A stretch of DNA of 64,000 nt, taken from the NCBI GenBank assembly GCA_977017575.1, contig CDRNVI010000052.1, positions 124,001-188,000 on the forward strand. The letters run 5' to 3'. Positions 1 to 10,905 of this stretch are shown here, one piece after another (position 1 is the stretch's first letter; every line of letters starts with the position of its first letter). A program made the position numbers and the translations under genes. The notes below the pieces were generated by a model. That model saw only the letters and a program-made list of their open reading frames with translations. It had not been told where the DNA came from and searched no databases. This DNA is from Paramoeba atlantica. Its lineage: Eukaryota; Protista; Discosea.

Positions 1-97
1 TATTTTCTATACATATTAATCTATCCTTGTTAAAACCTTCTGTTCTCCTGTTATATCACATTTCTATTATCCAATCTTTACTCAACTGCTACACCCC

Positions 98-883
98 ATG
101 TTTTGTCTACCACTTTCTCTTGCTCCTCGTTCCATATCCAAAGTAGCAGGAAAAATCCCGATAGCTACCGAGAAAGTCAAAGCGTTGTCTAAAACACCGA
201 AAACATCCCCTAGCTCCAATAACCCAAGCTCGACCCCGATGCCCCATCCAGTAGATTTACGACGACGACATCAAAACCTCTACGTCCCCGGGATGCACTC
301 GTTTCTTCTCTCCGAGCACCATCTCACGCAAGAGGTAGCGCGGCAAGAGGAGGCATGGCGCCGCAGACTAAACATGGTCTACGATAAGGAGAATTTTCCA
401 CGCCCCACATGGAGTAAGTCCAGCACATATGATATCGAATTCTGCAAGCCCGCAACCATAGAAAAGGGCAATACCCCATTGGATGAAGCTCATCAAATCG
501 AGTCGAATGTACGCACCAAAAAAGGTAAGAAGTCATCCCGAAATACCCAGCAGGTTTTGGAGAAAAAATCTCCATCTCCTCATGCAGGTTCGTTGAACAC
601 ACAATTTTCAGCATCATCAAAACAAGATAAAAAAGAGTTTTGGGATCCACAAAGTGACTACTGGGGTATGCTGACCTCAGCCATCGCGGGTACCGTGGTG
701 GGGTTCTACTTAGTCGACTGTGTTTTGGAGGGGAAGGAGGGGGTGCGGCTCCCCTATGACCCCGTTGTGGGGTTTCATCCCACGATACAGGAGCATGAGG
801 GGAGGAGTGAGGCATACAACCAATTGGTGGAGCAGGATATAAGGGAGGGGATTGAAAAGTCGAAGGCAAAGGTGCTGTCATAG
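98..883 (+). CDS. Hypothetical protein with one C-terminal hydrophobic helix
   Basis: 261-aa ATG ORF on the gene strand after a pyrimidine-rich tract; hydrophobic segment YWGMLTSAIAGTVVGFYLV; no family recognised. Confidence 0.55.
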   Translation: MFCLPLSLAPRSISKVAGKIPIATEKVKALSKTPKTSPSSNNPSSTPMPHPVDLRRRHQNLYVPGMHSFLLSEHHLTQEVARQEEAWRRRLNMVYDKENFPRPTWSKSSTYDIEFCKPATIEKGNTPLDEAHQIESNVRTKKGKKSSRNTQQVLEKKSPSPHAGSLNTQFSASSKQDKKEFWDPQSDYWGMLTSAIAGTVVGFYLVDCVLEGKEGVRLPYDPVVGFHPTIQEHEGRSEAYNQLVEQDIREGIEKSKAKVLS

Positions 884-1084
884 AAATCAGATACATGTAG
901 TCCATGCATTTTTATGGCACATAAACAGGTCGTGATCTTGAGTGCTTTGTGATGTACGCCCAATGAAGCAACTTTGACATACATGTGCAATTTGTAATTG
1001 TGCCAAAGATTATTCGCTGAGATAAATTAAAGTTCATGGCTTAAATCTTGTTTTCCATGTTTTTCCTATGAAATCGGACACACT

Positions 1085-1372
1085 ATGTCCACTATAAAAT
1101 GTCGATGTGGTACCGATTCCGAAGAGGCTCACAGAAAATGGGTGGCATGCGATACATGCGGAGTATGGATGCACGCAGACTGCATGGGAATTGTAACTGA
1201 AGAAGGATTTGAAACGATCAAGCATCGTCCATTTTATTGCGATCCATGTCGGTCATCTTTCGTAAAAGACAGAGAGGATGTCTCTGAAACTGTACGGATA
1301 ATTTCTGAGGAATGCATACGATTTCGAAACTACTTGCTGAGGCAGAAATCAGTGTCCTCCAAATCCGTTTAG
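1085..1372 (+). CDS. Small PHD-finger protein
   Basis: C4HC3 pattern CRCG...WVACDTCGVWMHADCMG...FYCDPC. Confidence 0.7.
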   Translation: MSTIKCRCGTDSEEAHRKWVACDTCGVWMHADCMGIVTEEGFETIKHRPFYCDPCRSSFVKDREDVSETVRIISEECIRFRNYLLRQKSVSSKSV

Positions 1373-1583
1373 TGATACAATGTACATGTATAGTGTCGTT
1401 AAACTCCTTGCAGTTATATTAGAGAAACATTAAATGTTTATTGGGCATACGGAAGCCGCGTATGGTACACTAATTGGTATGGTACATTATTGATTAGGAA
1501 CAATATTGGTTAGGAAGCTTTTGAATTATCACAGTCAGAACAAATTAGTGCTCTTTATTTCTTTTCAAAAAATCTTTTTCTTT

Positions 1584-2432
1584 ATGAACCCACATCGCAC
1601 CTCCACAGCACAAAGACTTGCGCTGGGCGTAGGCGCAGCATTGGGGGCACTATGCTTTCCTCAGCAAGGACATTTCATCGCTACGCTTAGTGAGGTTCTG
1701 TTTCCCGTTCCTGCGCTTTCAGCGATGCGCAATAAGATGAGGCAAGACTTTCACGGCCGACATTTGCTACTGCAACGTCCCCGAATCACAAACGCGGATC
1801 TTCAACGCTGGGAATCCTCTCCCTGTGGGACGGACAGAGATACTCTTACTGGAGCCTATGTCCACTACATGCGATCGCACGGTTTTGAACCGGAGGGTCG
1901 CACGAGTACTCGTTTCATCACGGACCCCGAGCTATGCTACGTGATGCAACGCTACCGTGAAGTACATGACATGTTGCACGCCACGCTCGGATTAGAACCC
2001 TCGGAGTATGACGAAATGGTGTTAAAAATCGTAGAATTTTATCTCACCGGTCTTCCAATGACAGGTTTGGCTGTGCTTGGTGTGGCAGCGAGGCGCATGC
2101 TTTCTAATTTTTCTGTTCTCGGTCGTAGGACACCTTTTTCGGATAATTCAGCGTTTGGGGAAGGTGCCCAGGGATCAAGTGAACAGCGAGGAGTTTCTAC
2201 GTTATCGATGGAGCATGTGGGCCATCCTCTGAAGCGGTCCTTTTGCCCTTTGGTGCAGTCTTACCTGAAGCCGTATAACCAAGCAAATTTCATATTGGCA
2301 AGAAATCAATTTTCCTCAGAAAATCGTTTATTCTACTTAAATTATGACTGGGAAAAAAGTGCGAATGATGGTGTTAGATTAGGCTGTATTTTGAAGAGTT
2401 TAGGATTACAATCTTACAGGTCTTTTTCTTAA
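1584..2432 (+). CDS. COQ4: Ubiquinone biosynthesis protein COQ4
   Basis: YVMQRYREVHDMLHATLG (HDxxH motif) followed by E...EFYLTGLPM, and RPRI; first in-frame ATG at 1584. Confidence 0.9.
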   Translation: MNPHRTSTAQRLALGVGAALGALCFPQQGHFIATLSEVLFPVPALSAMRNKMRQDFHGRHLLLQRPRITNADLQRWESSPCGTDRDTLTGAYVHYMRSHGFEPEGRTSTRFITDPELCYVMQRYREVHDMLHATLGLEPSEYDEMVLKIVEFYLTGLPMTGLAVLGVAARRMLSNFSVLGRRTPFSDNSAFGEGAQGSSEQRGVSTLSMEHVGHPLKRSFCPLVQSYLKPYNQANFILARNQFSSENRLFYLNYDWEKSANDGVRLGCILKSLGLQSYRSFS

Positions 2433-2612
2433 TAGATTCGAAAACTACTTTAAAAGCAGGTAATATGCCTTGTTTTCTGTGCGAAGTGGGTTTCTGTACG
2501 AAGTGCAAAAAAAAGTACAGCTGTGTTATTGATAATAGCTATTCACACTGAAATACGTTTTTCTTCATATTTTCCTACACAAGATTAACTGATGTAGTTA
2601 AAGGATATTGAT

Positions 2613-5225
2613 ATGGATGGCGTACCTGTTTCTCGCAATACTTCTGGAGCCCCTAGCCCACCTCCAGCTTCGGATGCATGTGCCGAACTCGTTGAACTCT
2701 GGGAAGATTACTTTCGCTTATCAAAGTCCGTGTCTTCGTCAAATTTGCATGTAGCAAAGCATCAAACATGTGCCGAGGAGGCAACATACTATTCTCTAAT
2801 GTCGGAATCACTTCGACGTGCTGTTCAACACTCTCCTTTTTTGTGCGAAGCAGCAGGTCGTCAAGTGCTGCGCTCACCAGACTGGGAGCTTTCGGTCATT
2901 GGAATGCCTCCTGTTTCATACACCTCTATTTTAAAGAGTTCATGTGTCGGGCAATTAACTACCTTACGTGGTGTGGTCAATTCTTCCAGTACGGTAATTC
3001 CTCTGCTTTACTCCATGAATTTTATCTGCGATTCCTGCGGTCAGCTTGTGCACCAAATCATGCCACAACTTGGAGTTTTCAACTACCCGACCCCGCAATC
3101 TAGTGAGACGAGTAGTAGAGAGCCTTTGACTAGAGGGTCAGACTCGAATGCAACGCCCAATGTAGCAATATGTGCGTGCACTAAAAAATCATCAAATAAT
3201 TTCAGTTTTAGTCGACGCAGCACATACACTCCTCTATTTGACCAAGCGGAATACGTGGATGCTCAAATTTTGTGCTTGCAGGAACGAGGATCAGGTGATT
3301 CGTTTCGAGGAGAACGTGAAGGAGCTAATATGCACCTAGAGAGCGAAGCCCAACATCGTGAGGGTTCAATCTCTTCCATTGAGGTAGTTCTTGTAAAACA
3401 TGAAAGATTTTTTAATATTGCGCAACCAGGGGATATCGTTACGGTTAATGGAATTCTTTCTGTGGGTACTTCCTCTACCGATGCTCTGCGGCGAAGTGGC
3501 GGAGATAAGTCGAAATATCGAAAGCAGGGAGGTACAACTGGAGGTCTGAAATCTCTAGTGCTCATGGCGCGCCACATTACCCTTGAGGAAAACATTGCGA
3601 ATGAATCAGACTTGGAGGGTAGTTCAGAGACGGATATAAAGGATGTATCCAAAGCGAGACAAGGAATGAACTTCAAGTCCGAAAATAGAGCAAAACTGTT
3701 CTTGAATAAGCTAAAAGCGGTAAGGAACTCAGGCATCGAAGTTGACCTTATTCCGACTCTTCTTTCTTCATTTTGCTCTTCGATATTAGGTCATGAAACC
3801 GTGAAACTTGGAATTTTGTTGTGTGCAGTCGCAGGGCATAGCTCAGAAGAAAATACTATTGAACATCCCCATGCTGAAGGAAATGGTGGTCTCGAAAAAG
3901 AAGAGAGCTCAAAAAATCCACCTAATCTAGCTCATTATGATTGTGAAGCATTTCGTGCGCCTCTTCAGCGCGTTAAGACGGTTCATCTTCTTGTGTTGGG
4001 GCCAGCTGGAGTTGGCAAATCTCATTTGCTACAGGAAGCGGCCACACTTCTCCCTCATAGCGTTTTTGCATGTGGACCAACTGCCTCGAATACTGGATTG
4101 GGTGTAGCGTGGTCCCGCTCTGGTTCCGAGTCATACGGGTCCGGGGTTTCACTTCAAGGAGGAGTACTCACTGTAGGCCATCGCGGAATAACTTGTCTAG
4201 ACGAGATTGATAAAATGTCATCGCACTCATACAATACTCTTTACGAGGCAATGGATCGTGGAGAACTCAGCGTTGCAAAGGCCTCCGTTCTTCACAGTGT
4301 CCCGGCGAATACATGTTTAGTGGCCGCTGGAAATACGGGTGGTCGTATTCCTCGGGCTCTTTTTACTCGATTCGATCTTGTGTTTGTGCTATCATCGCAA
4401 CGTAGGACTTCCAGCGGGCCAGAGAATTCCTTTTCGCAACGCACCGACCACTTGGGCCGGCATCTTCTTCGTCAAATGTTCGACAACTTAGACGATTCTA
4501 TGACATCGGAAAAATATGCAGCAAATACTTCGCAGGATACTATACCACGTTTACTTTCTCCATCTGTATTACGTGCTGTTCTACGAAAGCTTCGGTCAGC
4601 ACCTACCCCCCGATTGGCTGCCTCTGCGGAGCACGCCATAGCCCGAGCTTATGTATCCCAGCGTATGCTAGGAACGGGGATGCCGAGCTCCCATGCTCTT
4701 TCGAGCGACTTAACATCATCTCAAGTAAATCTCACTGAGTCACAATTGGATGGATTACCCACCACCACCACGCTACGCCGGCTGCACTCCCTATATAAGT
4801 TAGTCCTTTCTATGGCAAAACTAAGATATAAAACAGAGGCAACTGACTCGGATGTACAAGATGTGCTGGATTTGCTTGACGGATCGGCGTGTTACGAAAA
4901 TGATACCAGTGGACTCGGTATCTCTTTAACTTCAAATTCAAAACAATTTGCGCAGAGCGCAACGCAACCAGGAAAGAAAATGAATCAGTCTCAAATGCGA
5001 GATTTTTTTGAGGATCAGCTAAGAGATAAACTTCGCAAGGGTTTAATGAAAGACAACGTTTTTAATGAGACATTTCTCCGTAGTACATACCATGAATGCT
5101 TTGAGGAGTATATAAGAGAAAACTCACGAGGTTTACAGAGCTTTGAGAAAATGCTGCGTGATCTGAATGCCTCTGGATCACTTCTTATGCAGGGTTCTTC
5201 TTCATATAGGCTGAATCGTAAATAG
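2613..5225 (+). CDS. MCM8: MCM-family AAA+ helicase, MCM8-like
   Basis: Zn motif CDSCG, Walker A VLGPAGVGKS, Walker B CLDEIDKM, SVAKA, arginine finger TRFDLVF; VFACG motif and C-terminal winged-helix-like segment resemble MCM8. Paralogue assignment is from memory. Confidence 0.8.
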   Translation: MDGVPVSRNTSGAPSPPPASDACAELVELWEDYFRLSKSVSSSNLHVAKHQTCAEEATYYSLMSESLRRAVQHSPFLCEAAGRQVLRSPDWELSVIGMPPVSYTSILKSSCVGQLTTLRGVVNSSSTVIPLLYSMNFICDSCGQLVHQIMPQLGVFNYPTPQSSETSSREPLTRGSDSNATPNVAICACTKKSSNNFSFSRRSTYTPLFDQAEYVDAQILCLQERGSGDSFRGEREGANMHLESEAQHREGSISSIEVVLVKHERFFNIAQPGDIVTVNGILSVGTSSTDALRRSGGDKSKYRKQGGTTGGLKSLVLMARHITLEENIANESDLEGSSETDIKDVSKARQGMNFKSENRAKLFLNKLKAVRNSGIEVDLIPTLLSSFCSSILGHETVKLGILLCAVAGHSSEENTIEHPHAEGNGGLEKEESSKNPPNLAHYDCEAFRAPLQRVKTVHLLVLGPAGVGKSHLLQEAATLLPHSVFACGPTASNTGLGVAWSRSGSESYGSGVSLQGGVLTVGHRGITCLDEIDKMSSHSYNTLYEAMDRGELSVAKASVLHSVPANTCLVAAGNTGGRIPRALFTRFDLVFVLSSQRRTSSGPENSFSQRTDHLGRHLLRQMFDNLDDSMTSEKYAANTSQDTIPRLLSPSVLRAVLRKLRSAPTPRLAASAEHAIARAYVSQRMLGTGMPSSHALSSDLTSSQVNLTESQLDGLPTTTTLRRLHSLYKLVLSMAKLRYKTEATDSDVQDVLDLLDGSACYENDTSGLGISLTSNSKQFAQSATQPGKKMNQSQMRDFFEDQLRDKLRKGLMKDNVFNETFLRSTYHECFEEYIRENSRGLQSFEKMLRDLNASGSLLMQGSSSYRLNRK

Positions 5226-5469
5226 GTATCAACATTCATGTTGTTCTCGTCCATAGAATATCATGGGAAGTAGTTGTAAAATGTTCGGCAGGTCTAGTTT
5301 CCTGTGCCTCTTCCTAAAACAGGGGCTTCAAGTTTTGTAACCACATAATAAAGATTTACCTAACGTAGGGAACACGAAAATTTGTTACCTTAGTGTAGTC
5401 ATAGGCGCATATTAGTAGATATTTCGCCTTTCTACAAAGACCATTCTTTTTTTAAGTTTTTGGCGCGAA

Positions 5470-6246
5470 ATGTTAGTCTGTGTGAAAGCAGCTGACACCC
5501 TCGTAGATTCGCCACCATTGAAGCGCCGACGAGCAGCCAAGGTCCGCGGCACTGCGCTTTCTCCAGACATGGAAATGCACCGTTTCGTAAATCAAGTCAA
5601 AGGAAAACATCGTTCTTGGAAGCCATCAAATCCTATTTCAGAATGGAAGGGTGTGTATGCGATTCATGAAAAAGTTCTGGAAATCGATTGGGAAAATTTA
5701 GGCATTCGTGGCACATTGGATTTTATCTGCTTGCCTTCCTCTCTCAATGTTCTTTCTATTAAGAATGATATTGTTGCTCTTGAAAAGCTCTCGGGGGCGC
5801 CAAGGTTTGATAAACTCCCGGAAAGTCTAAGTACACTAGAGCTCATCAATCACTCATTTAGCGGACAGGTAGATCTAACGCATCTCCCTTTGGCTATCAC
5901 TTACTTTGACATTTCTGGAAACCGATTTACCGGAACGGTGGACTTGACTGCTCTTCCGCCTAATCTTGGCACCCTTTTACTCAGTCGCAATGCTCTCAAA
6001 GGAGATGTGTGTCTAACCAAGCTCCCTTTATCACTTGTAGTTCTTTCTCTTGGCGAAAACACGTTTACTGGTTCCCTTGATCTGACACAACTTTCCGGAT
6101 CCTTGCATACACTGGAGCTCGAATGGAACAAATTTGAAGGCGTTCTAGATCTACGAAAGTTGCCGCCAAGCATACAACGTATAGATATCTGTATGAGTGG
6201 GTTCGACGGATATGAGGATGACTTTGTTCCCGATGTAGTCGTTTGA
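5470..6246 (+). CDS. LRR-family protein (23-aa repeats, N-terminal cap)
   Basis: KVRGTALSPDMEMHRFV...WKGV cap, then repeats of LxxLPxxLxxLxLxxNxFxGxVD. Confidence 0.85.
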   Translation: MLVCVKAADTLVDSPPLKRRRAAKVRGTALSPDMEMHRFVNQVKGKHRSWKPSNPISEWKGVYAIHEKVLEIDWENLGIRGTLDFICLPSSLNVLSIKNDIVALEKLSGAPRFDKLPESLSTLELINHSFSGQVDLTHLPLAITYFDISGNRFTGTVDLTALPPNLGTLLLSRNALKGDVCLTKLPLSLVVLSLGENTFTGSLDLTQLSGSLHTLELEWNKFEGVLDLRKLPPSIQRIDICMSGFDGYEDDFVPDVVV

Positions 6247-6520
6247 GCGAGTCACATGTACATTATAACATTGTAAATATCATCGTTACATCTTTCCTTT
6301 CGTAATTTCAATTTTTGTAGCTAAACCTGGGACAAGAATAAGTCACTCCCCCCCTTACACTTTTCAAAAATGTTTTTATGTGGATGTTTTACATATCGGC
6401 GGGGTCATACTTAGTAATAAAAGGGGGGAACTTCTTCATTTCTTTGACCACCTACGAAGAACATCTTAAACAACCCAAAGAAATTATTTTCCCTATTGGT
6501 TCCTTCTGTCTTTTTATATT

Positions 6521-7498
6521 ATGCTTCCACAGGATTCTACGGACTGTGTGTTTCCACGGACTTTATGGCATTTTCAAGGTTCATGGAATGACGTTATAGC
6601 ACCCCATCCGGTATCCGAGGTTATATGTGACGTTAGTCGAGAACAAGACTCTGAAGTCGAAGATACAACTGCACAGACATATCACCGTTCTCTGTACGAA
6701 AAAATGCTCTCTGCTATTTCGCCTTCTTTGCGCAATTCTGAACTTTTGTCTGAAGAGCTTTTTTTCTCACAATCTAAAACTTTATCGGCATCGAGTGACG
6801 ATCCTTACGCCACACTTCACAAAGTATTCCGCATTGTAGAACACCTGTCACCGACCCTTCATAATATTTACAAAGATGTATGTACAGTGAATGAAATCAA
6901 TAACGTTTCCAAGTCTTGTCTGTCACTTTTACAAACGCTTGATTCCTCACCTCGACTTGAGGCAAGTCTGATAGTGGTGTCAGATGCATTCGCGAATGGA
7001 GAAGTATGGGCCAATAGCAGATCTCTTCGGTGCGAGTTTTTGAATATTGTTTCTCAGCATTTCACTTCTTTCTCGTCATCGCCCGTCGACGTATTGTGCG
7101 CTTTGCACTTCCGATACCTTACGCAAACTATCGCTTTCGGTGCCGAAAAGCCTTTCCAATGCAAAACTTATTTTTCTTCGTCAACAGAACCAAATTCTTC
7201 GGTATCAAAACCAACTACTCTTTCTGCCGACGTATTATCGCTCGCCGCCACACTTCCACCTGCAGCGGTACAGTACCTGAAGCAAAGCGAAATAGAAAAC
7301 ATGAATAGCATGACATCGCGACAAGAGTGTGTCGAAGAGGATTTTAAATCCACAATGACTTTCTCTCGAAGAGCAATCGATCGTTTTACACAAGATTTGC
7401 AGCAATGTTCTCGGCATCCAATGCTCATAAACGAAGATGATTTACAATGCACCGAAGATATCACTCCGGGCAACGTGGAATCTATATTAACAGTGTGA
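6521..7498 (+). CDS. Hypothetical protein
   Basis: 325-aa ATG ORF on the gene strand; no recognisable motif. Confidence 0.5.
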   Translation: MLPQDSTDCVFPRTLWHFQGSWNDVIAPHPVSEVICDVSREQDSEVEDTTAQTYHRSLYEKMLSAISPSLRNSELLSEELFFSQSKTLSASSDDPYATLHKVFRIVEHLSPTLHNIYKDVCTVNEINNVSKSCLSLLQTLDSSPRLEASLIVVSDAFANGEVWANSRSLRCEFLNIVSQHFTSFSSSPVDVLCALHFRYLTQTIAFGAEKPFQCKTYFSSSTEPNSSVSKPTTLSADVLSLAATLPPAAVQYLKQSEIENMNSMTSRQECVEEDFKSTMTFSRRAIDRFTQDLQQCSRHPMLINEDDLQCTEDITPGNVESILTV

Positions 7499-7729
7499 AA
7501 CGGTTTTCTATATCACCTTACTCCATTCGTATACATGAATTTACACGTAATTATTACGTTTAGAATTTGCGCTCTACTGTCTCTAGCAAACTTCTTGCAC
7601 AAAGATAAATATTGAAACATCAGTTCGTTTTAGTTCGCTTCCTCAGTGGAGGAATAATATCAAACAAAATCATAATCTTATACTTGCTTGTAGTATATTT
7701 TCAAGGCTTGAATTGTTTATATAGTATCC

Positions 7730-8581
7730 ATGAGTTTATTCTCTGCTGTGGATATCCAATCTTCATCGCGCAGGGCCGGTCGAATCCGAGGTGCCGGGCT
7801 TCCCCAAGAATATGAACTGTCTCGAGTGGTAAGCAACATTTCGGGCCACTCCCCTACTTGGACAACGGAAACACACGCTTGCAATTGGGAAGGGGTAACC
7901 TGTAATGAACAGAAAGAAGTTGACGAAATTGTTTGGCGAAGCATGTCACTTTTGGGAACCATTTCATGGTCAGACCTTCCTTTAACTTTACGCAGTTTCA
8001 TCATAGGACATTACTTGTCTATGGGAACGGGGAACGTAATTACTGGAAACCTTCCTACCTCTGATTTACCTCCTCTTTTAGTGAAGCTTGTGATGGACAA
8101 CAACAAGGTTGGCGGTGATTTAAAAGTGGAGACGTTTCCTAGACATTTAGAAATCTTTGAGGCGGCAAAGAACCGTTTTGCTGGAAGCATTGCACTTTGT
8201 ACGCTTCCTGCCACATTACAAACGCTAGATCTTCACGACAACTTACTTTCTGGGAACATCAATTTAAGTAACTTGTCACCAGAAATGGTTGCCTTATATC
8301 TTTCCATGAACTCCTTCCATGGAGAGGTTTGTCTGCGCTCGCTACCTGCAAAACTCCGCTATCTTGACTTGGATAAGAATGCTCTCAGTGGGGAAGTTGA
8401 TCTGTCGAGTCTTCCTGTAACATTGTTTCGCATATCTCTCAATCATAACTCATTTGTTGGAACCGTTGATGTTCATAACGTCCCTGATTCCATGGATACC
8501 CTAGACCTTCGCGGAAACGATTTCACATCTATCGTACCTGTCCCTTACCCTGCGTGTGTCCACTATGACAAAAAACTATAA
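7730..8581 (+). CDS. LRR-family protein
   Basis: GRIRGAGLPQEYEL...ACNWEGVTC cap plus 23-aa LRRs. Confidence 0.85.
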   Translation: MSLFSAVDIQSSSRRAGRIRGAGLPQEYELSRVVSNISGHSPTWTTETHACNWEGVTCNEQKEVDEIVWRSMSLLGTISWSDLPLTLRSFIIGHYLSMGTGNVITGNLPTSDLPPLLVKLVMDNNKVGGDLKVETFPRHLEIFEAAKNRFAGSIALCTLPATLQTLDLHDNLLSGNINLSNLSPEMVALYLSMNSFHGEVCLRSLPAKLRYLDLDKNALSGEVDLSSLPVTLFRISLNHNSFVGTVDVHNVPDSMDTLDLRGNDFTSIVPVPYPACVHYDKKL

Positions 8582-8774
8582 AGCAAAGTGTTTCAAGCAA
8601 AGTGAACAAAAAGCGATTCACTAATCTGTGCCTTCACGTTCTAATCAATCTAAAAGAACGTCTGTTTTGTTTGGGCACAAGAAGTGTCCAAAGTGTCTTT
8701 TAAAGACACTGCTTCACTAAACGTCTTGTATTTGCTTGTTTGGAAATTTATAGTTTTCATTGCAAGAATTTTGA

Positions 8775-8871
8775 AACTTTCTTTCTCTTACTTTTTTCTC
8801 TCCTTTCTCCTCAACCTTTTCCTAACTTTTCTATCCCCACACCTTTTTCACTCCTTTCTTCCTCTCTCTAG
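8775..8871 (+). promoter_or_regulatory. Polypyrimidine tract and AG: candidate trans-splice acceptor for MDH
   Basis: About 95 nt of almost pure C/T ending ctctctctAG, 47 nt upstream of the ATG. Similar tracts lie at about 15750-15810 and 49040-49088. Confidence 0.6.
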
Positions 8872-8918
8872 AACCTTTTCTCCCCTTTTCCTCTCCCCAC
8901 CTCCTCCACCCCACCCCA

Positions 8919-9890
8919 ATGCGCGTCGCCGTCCTCGGCGCCACCGGCGGCATCGGCCAAGCCCTCTCCCTCCTCCTCAAACTCCAACTCCCCCACGGCA
9001 GCACCCTCCTCCTCTACGACCTCACCGGGGTCCCCGGGGTCGCCACCGACCTCTCCCACCTCGACACCCCCGTCACCCTCCAGCACGCCCAAGGCACCCT
9101 CCCCCCCTCCCCCGACCACCCCGCCCTCGCCGCCCTCCTTGCCCCCGGGGTCGACATCGTGGTGATCTGCGCCGGGGTCCCGCGCAAACCCGGCATGACC
9201 CGCGACGACCTGTTCGCCGTGAACGCCGGGGTCGTCATGGATCTTGTCACCGTCGCCGCAGCAGCCGCCCCCTCCCCCCCCGTCTTCCTCATCATCACCA
9301 ACCCGGTGAACTCCACGGTGCCCATTGCCGCGGGCGCCCTCACGCGTCTCGGGAGGTACAACAAGAACCGGCTGTTTGGGGTCACGACCCTCGATGGGGT
9401 CCGGGCGACGACCTTTGTGAATGAGCAACGGGACCCGGTGCGGGTGGAGACGGTGGCGGTGGTCGGGGGTCACTCCGGGCCCTCGATCGTGCCGCTGTTC
9501 TCGCAGCTCCCCGGGCCGGTGATGGGGCGGGAGGTGCAGGAGGGGTTGGTGCGGCGGGTGCAGGAGGCGGGGACGGAGGTGGTGCGGGCGAAGGCGGGGA
9601 AGGGGTCGGCGACGCTGTCGATGGCGGAGGCGGGGGCGCGGTTTACGATGTGTGTGGTGAGGGCGTTGAGGGGGGAGGGGAACCCGCGGGTGTGCAGTTA
9701 TGTGGATACGGATGGGAGTGCGGCGGTGTCGTTTTTGGCGATGCCGGTGGTGTTGGGGAGGGAGGGGATTGTGCAACGACTTCCGATTGGGAAGTTGTCG
9801 GAGACGGAACAGAGGGCGTTTGAGGTGGCCACGGAGGCGTTGCAGAAGAATATTCAAGACGGGGAGAGGTTTGTGCAGTCCAAGTTGTAG
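8919..9890 (+). CDS. gMDH: Glycosomal malate dehydrogenase (PTS1 SKL)
   Basis: GATGGIG, AGVPRKPGMTRDDLF, TNPVNST, GGHS and AKAGKGSATLSMA motifs; C-terminal SKL; closely resembles trypanosomatid gMDH throughout. Confidence 0.95.
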   Translation: MRVAVLGATGGIGQALSLLLKLQLPHGSTLLLYDLTGVPGVATDLSHLDTPVTLQHAQGTLPPSPDHPALAALLAPGVDIVVICAGVPRKPGMTRDDLFAVNAGVVMDLVTVAAAAAPSPPVFLIITNPVNSTVPIAAGALTRLGRYNKNRLFGVTTLDGVRATTFVNEQRDPVRVETVAVVGGHSGPSIVPLFSQLPGPVMGREVQEGLVRRVQEAGTEVVRAKAGKGSATLSMAEAGARFTMCVVRALRGEGNPRVCSYVDTDGSAAVSFLAMPVVLGREGIVQRLPIGKLSETEQRAFEVATEALQKNIQDGERFVQSKL

Positions 9891-10338
9891 GTAGTGAAGG
9901 TGCATAAGTCGTGGGAGGTGGGGGAATAACACGTGGGAGGGAAGTCATGGGCGACATGTGGAATACCGAATGGTGTCAAAATTTGTTTTAGAAAGGTGAT
10001 GTTTTCGAAGTTTAGATGTGGCGTCTTAGGCAAAGATGTGCTTTCTTCTGTGCTACATGTTTTGGTTTGTGATTATTGTATGTCATACTGGGTTTCTTCA
10101 ATTGCACTGCTCTTTTGGCTCTTTATATGACGTGCTCATAGTTTTTCGTTGTCGTCTTCGCATCACCAACAATGGCGCCTAAATCAACAACGCTCAAATA
10201 CTCTCGAATAGGGGGACATAATAACGCAATACATACTTTTTATGCTTATTTATTTGTTAACATCCATAGATGAATAGTTCTTAGACGTATTCTTAGAATT
10301 GGCTTTTAACAGGTTTGTTATTTTTTTTCCTGCGTTGT

Positions 10339-10905
10339 ATGCAGAATCCACTACACAATCCACAAGTCCTGGAGGCATTTACACATGCATCGAAATTCAT
10401 GTTCAATCGCTCTGGGTGTTTCCACATCATACGTGAGAACGGCGAACACCGACATCGGCACCAAATTTTGGACGAGCTAGAGGATGACCTCATTCATTGG
10501 TTTTATAGTGAGGGAGAAGTTTATCCGGATGAAATTGAGGCGCATATTCTATCTGTTCTTGCAGATCAACTCCACACAGAATTAGAAGAGGGTACAGCTC
10601 TGGAGATGGGACGACTTTTGCATAATATGTACGTCCGATGCCGCGAAGGAGATTTAAGCTTTTTAGAAGAAATTCAAAAAGTAGATACGGGGTCAGATTC
10701 CTTAGCTCTCAGAGAGGGACGGGATACGGACACAGTACATGTGGCAGGTTCCGAGACACAAAACTTGGAACCGAATCCTACGCCAGAAGTGTGTCACGAG
10801 AGCAATTTATGTGATTCGAATACACCTATGACTAGAAAACCTCGCTCGCGTGCGCGAAGGCATCAACCCGACGCACACGGGTGGCATACGGCAGGGAGAT
10901 TTTGA
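10339..10905 (+). CDS. TSR2: Pre-rRNA processing protein TSR2-like
   Basis: WF...DEIE...LHTELEEGTALEMGRLL..MY..C..GD core and C-terminal DAHGWHT, resembling the TSR2 DxDGW motif. Confidence 0.65.
   Translation: MQNPLHNPQVLEAFTHASKFMFNRSGCFHIIRENGEHRHRHQILDELEDDLIHWFYSEGEVYPDEIEAHILSVLADQLHTELEEGTALEMGRLLHNMYVRCREGDLSFLEEIQKVDTGSDSLALREGRDTDTVHVAGSETQNLEPNPTPEVCHESNLCDSNTPMTRKPRSRARRHQPDAHGWHTAGRF

Noticed and set aside
2485-2500. Spliced-leader RNA gene (tttctgtac match)
   Set aside because: Only a 9-nt match, with no AACTAA 5' end and no exon-intron GT context.
8868-9957. Long overlapping antisense and alternative-frame ORFs over gMDH (also over IDI2, POLD2 and the PPR gene)
   Set aside because: Low-complexity Pro/Arg/His translations, expected from extreme GC at third positions depleting stop codons.
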